Below, in pieces: positions 62,152 through 64,000 of a DNA stretch of 64,000 nt. Location: assembly GCA_039714975.1 (NCBI GenBank), contig JBDLIH010000007.1, forward strand, positions 4,199-68,198. The letters are read 5' to 3'. Source of the stretch: Pseudomonadota bacterium (lineage in GTDB: Bacteria > Pseudomonadota > Gammaproteobacteria > UBA9214). The notes beneath the pieces were generated by a model that searched no databases, was not told where the DNA came from, and saw nothing but the letters and a program-made list of their open reading frames with translations. Every line of letters begins with the position of its first letter. The stretch's first letter is position 1. Position numbers and translations under genes: made by a program.

Positions 62152-63552
62152 TCATGATGCCATCCGAAATACGTCCAGTCTATCAGGGTCTTGTCGATCG
62201 ACAATGAATTTCGCGAAGATACTGTCCTGAACGTTATTCAAGAGAAATTCAGGCAACGAGTGGCGTAGCGCGGTAGCCACAACCAACTCAGAGGGAGCAA
62301 TACCAGGGCGAATGGTTCGCAACCAGGAACCGAAAGAGGCCCACACCAGCTTGGGAACGTTGGCAGACAGATACTGAAGCAGTCCCTGGGAGACAACGCC
62401 AGCGTGAATAAATACATGGTAGGCGTTGATCTTGCGCTTGACGGCATCGCGGTAGGCTGAGGATTCCCGATGAAGGTATTGGTTACCATTTCTCCGATGT
62501 AGCGGTTTCATCTCCTTCATCCAGAAATGGTATGAGAAGGAGCCGACGACGCGTACCGCTTGCTTAAAGCCGTGTTCGATTTTGAATCGCAGACCGTAGA
62601 GACGAATAATGTCTATGGCACTCAGGGACGTGTCAGTAGCCATCAGCAGGCAGCGTCCCCGGGTCGGGTGAATGACCACCACGAAGCGCACGATCCGTCC
62701 AACGGGCCGCCAAAGCAGGTCACAGACCCGATACTGGAGGGTGACATTTTTATCGCCATAGACAGGGCTGGCGGCTTGCTCCATCGCCTGTCCATCATTG
62801 AACAGTGACTTGAGCGCGATTTTCTTGCCATAGACTCTGGGCCGGCCTCTTTTCTTGACGCCTTGGTGTTTATATGGGGTGTAGGCCACCGCATTGGATC
62901 TCACCCGCGTTACCAAATGATTATCCTGGTCCAGCAGACCAGTGATGATTTTCTGACTGGCATAATATGCGTCCGCCACAAAATAGAACGGTTGCTGGAT
63001 ATCGACAATCTTGAGCAAGGCAAGCATTTCATCGAGCAAGGTGCGTTTGTCGCGATTGGACCACACCAGGCCTTCGTGAATGCGAGTGGCCAGCGGCACG
63101 GCAAACACACTCTCGGCGGCCTGAACCAGCACCGAGACCGCCTGCAAGGAGTGCCCCATGATGTATTCCGGCTTCGTATTCGAGTCCGATTCCTGGTGAA
63201 GCAGTTTGACGGCAGGCATTTTCTTGCCGCTCTTTGGTACCTTGATGCCATCACCGACCAATACCAGTCGGCCATTGACGCGCAGCGGGTCAGGAAATAG
63301 TCGCAGCACCACTTGCGCCCACGGCGCGGACATCCTATCAAGCAGCACACCGGTGCTGTGAAAGTTATCGAGCAGGTTGTCATAGAACCGCTCATGTAAT
63401 CCCAGTGCGTGCACAATGCTGGTCACACCGAGCAAATCCGTGCGCACCGTCAAGCCTGCCACGCAGGTCGCAAACCACAGAAAGGTTCGCAGACGCGTAC
63501 AGCCCGGGCGCAATAGCCAGATTGCATCCCACCAGCAGATCCACAATTGCAT
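62152..63552 (-). mobile_element. DDE transposase (IS4/IS701-like) with a candidate IS span of about 62115-63587
   Basis: Transposase-like protein of about 466 aa. Imperfect terminal inverted repeat (aagccaataata vs atgccaacaata, 10 of 12). Inserted about 22 bp upstream of the hybrid kinase start codon. Confidence 0.55.
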
Positions 63553-63638
63553 GTTGTGTCGGCTCCTGTGTCTTCTATTGTTGGCATTGAAGAATAGCAT
63601 ATGTATGCTAAGCTTTTAGCAGGCAAAGGCCATTACAA

Positions 63639-63953
63639 ATGACAAATAGACGACTCGCACAAATTGAAAGACGCATTGGAAAGATCAAGGGGGAACTGGC
63701 CGAGATAGGTGAAATGCGGCCGGGGTCACTGACCAGACAGTACAAAGATCCCGAGACCGGGAGCGGACCTTACTACCAGCTAAGCTATACGCTTGATATG
63801 AAAAGCCGGACTGAGTATATTCGTCGCGAATGGGTCAACGACATTCGCCGCCAGATCAGGAACTACAAGCGCTTCAAGAAACTGAGTGGCGAATGGATCG
63901 CGTTAAGCATCGAGCACTCCAGGCTGACGATGAAGCTGGCGCGCCGCCAGTAA
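63639..63953 (+). CDS. Small basic coiled-coil protein of unknown function (104 aa), adjacent to the IS
   Basis: Intact ORF with ATG start. Charged helical composition. Confidence 0.4.
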   Translation: MTNRRLAQIERRIGKIKGELAEIGEMRPGSLTRQYKDPETGSGPYYQLSYTLDMKSRTEYIRREWVNDIRRQIRNYKRFKKLSGEWIALSIEHSRLTMKLARRQ

Positions 63954-64000
63954 CCAGCAAGCGATGTCCATAAACCATGAACAAAGAGCATGAAGGCAGC

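Overview
This is a gammaproteobacterial chromosome segment. The central block (about 22.5-49.4 kb) is a housekeeping run with Pseudomonas-like synteny: tmk-mltG-pabC-pabB, fabF-acpP-fabG-fabD-fabH-plsX-rpmF-yceD, maf, sppA, a HAD phosphatase, rluC, rne, ptpA, kdsB-ycaR-lpxK-exbD-exbB-comEC-lolD-lolC. To the right sit gltX-glnS followed by tRNA-Ala and tRNA-Glu. Two accessory, signalling-rich blocks flank the core.

The left block (0.4-22.5 kb) contains:
- a giant lipoprotein multicopper oxidase next to a three-domain Sco-cytochrome c-PCuAC copper-chaperone fusion, with a divergent Crp/Fnr regulator gene;
- a TPR-methyltransferase;
- a GldAFG-type ABC transporter with a lipoprotein;
- a di-heme MauG/CCP peroxidase with two unknown secreted proteins;
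- csrA;
- an ECF sigma factor paired with an anti-sigma factor whose periplasmic domain is DsrE/DsrF-like (sulfur-relay fold);
- a three-gene module of a periplasmic-binding protein, a NarX-like kinase and a NarL-like regulator.

The right block (49.5-64 kb) contains:
- a LapG/LapD c-di-GMP inside-out signalling pair flanked by two atypical LuxR-type pseudo-receivers;
- a CPA antiporter;
- a PilZ-SPOR protein;
- a hybrid histidine kinase with a DDE transposase (IS) inserted about 22 bp upstream of its start codon.

Sequence-level oddities:
- a 17-bp palindrome ATAGGGAWTTTCCCTAT recurs three times in accessory promoters;
- a 22-bp palindrome lies in the oxidase/regulator divergent promoter;
- an insertion between ptpA and kdsB carries an orphan receiver and two unannotated about 30-aa hydrophobic peptides;
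- the ORF track misses rpmF (below its length cutoff).
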